A DNA stretch of 64,000 nt from Octopus sinensis (taxonomy: Eukaryota): assembly GCF_006345805.1 (NCBI RefSeq), contig NC_043019.1, positions 30,069,360 to 30,133,359 of the forward strand. The letters are read 5' to 3'. Both the position numbers and the translations under genes were made by a program. This document shows, one piece after another, positions 62,843 to 64,000 of this stretch; the first letter of the stretch is position 1, and the number at the start of each line of letters is the position of its first letter. The notes under the pieces are model-generated. The model was not told the origin of the DNA, did not search any database, and saw nothing but the letters and a program-made list of their open reading frames with translations.

Positions 62843-63306
62843 ATTCTTTAAGAGTTATAGTTTTACTTTTCATTCTTCTGGATTCAATAAAAAGGTATCA
62901 GTATTTTACTGGGGTAATGATTCAATAACTCAACCAGTGCTTTTTTATGTGGCACCAGTACCCAAATCAATGCTCTTTACATGGTGGCTTGGTTTTAGGA
63001 TCTCGATTCTGTTGTGGTGGGCTCCTTTTAGAATTGGCATTGTGCCTAGACAGCTTTATTTCTACGTTCTCAATAAATTATACTGCATTGAACTAATAAG
63101 ATGATTTCTGCATGGTTACTCAGCTTACTAATAATAGCAGATACATTCTACCATATTGCATCCTATCATCTTTAAAATTGAGGTTTATTGGACAATGTAG
63201 TTATTCATGATATAGAAATATATGTAATGGCTATAGCTGGAATTCTATTGACCATGGATCTTCTTAGTCAAGATCTATGATTGTGTTCCCAGTCAGAATT
63301 GATCTA

Positions 63307-63872
63307 TTGAGTTGTCCAGAAAATTCATGCCGATTTTTAAAGGAAAGAAAAAGGTCAATAAATACTTGCCATTACATTTTTAATCAACCAAATATGAACC
63401 ATTTTGTTGCACAATGCATCTCCATCTTTCCTTTAACTTGAAAATATCCTCTTCCCAGAATTGAGGTGTTTTCATGGCAAAAAATTCATCAAGATATCTT
63501 TTTACATTATCCAAGGAATTGAAATTTTTACCATTAAGACTATTCTGCAGAGACCTGAATAAGTGGAAATCCGAAGGAGCAATATCTGGTGAATATGGAG
63601 TGTGGGATAACACATCCCAGCCGAGCTGCAGCAATTTTTGTTTGGTTCCCAAAGCATTAAGTGCCGAAAATGAACTTTCTTATCTTCCATTTTAAAGGGT
63701 TACAGAATTAACACATGTTATAGGAATATAAATCTTCTTCCACGGAAAGATAGCTTAAACTGTGCTCTAAATGGAGGTGTAGTCAAATCCTATTTTATGG
63801 ACTCAACCATGTTCTTAAATAAGTCGAAAGGTAAGCTGCTATATATCGGCACAAACTTTCCGGACAACCCAA
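63307..63872 (-). mobile_element. Internally deleted mariner transposon
   Basis: ~27-bp TIRs (TTGAGTTGTCCAGAAAATTCATGCCGA / TCGGCACAAACTTTCCGGACAACCCAA) with TA on both sides. Transposase C-terminus LGWDVLSHTPYSPDIAPSDFHLF...ERW is fused out of frame to the N-terminus MEDKKVHFRH. Confidence 0.95.
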
Positions 63873-64000
63873 TAGTTGGTCTAGCTATTGTGCTCACAAA
63901 GGCATGAATATATATTTAAATAGTTTGTGTTGGAATTTACATTATTTCAAGTTTGTTTAGTTCCACAGTGAGTAACATTGAAAAAGTGTCTTCTGGCATA

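Overview
AT-rich, repeat-saturated animal genomic DNA, not prokaryotic: no operons, rRNA, true tRNA genes or CRISPR. The SINE, RTE and microsatellite content looks like a coleoid cephalopod (Octopus-type) genome. That assignment is recalled family resemblance, not a database result. The window appears to be mostly intronic sequence of one + strand gene for an unidentified coiled-coil protein. Two exons are well supported (26112-26239 and 60071-60202, phase-compatible) and a few more are weak candidates. The rest is a nested stack of elements: three tRNA-derived SINE groups (called A, B and C here) with interchangeable tails, about 20 RTE-LINE 3' fragments, CR1 and Expander-like LINE fossils, non-autonomous Helitrons, TTAA and hAT MITEs, an internally deleted mariner, foldback elements and many micro/minisatellites. 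Almost all ORFs in the supplied track are repeat or microsatellite artefacts. The most notable observations are: (1) SINE-A often inserts at GGTAT(TT)-like sites, including its own internal copy of that motif; (2) a microhomology-bounded templated insertion copied from 3.2 kb downstream and then doubled; (3) a near-identical 1.5 kb tandem duplication bounded by (TA)n; (4) a 191-bp palindrome whose ends are themselves palindromes; (5) an RTE 3'UTR hairpin module that has amplified into a satellite. I found no clearly new protein-coding system.
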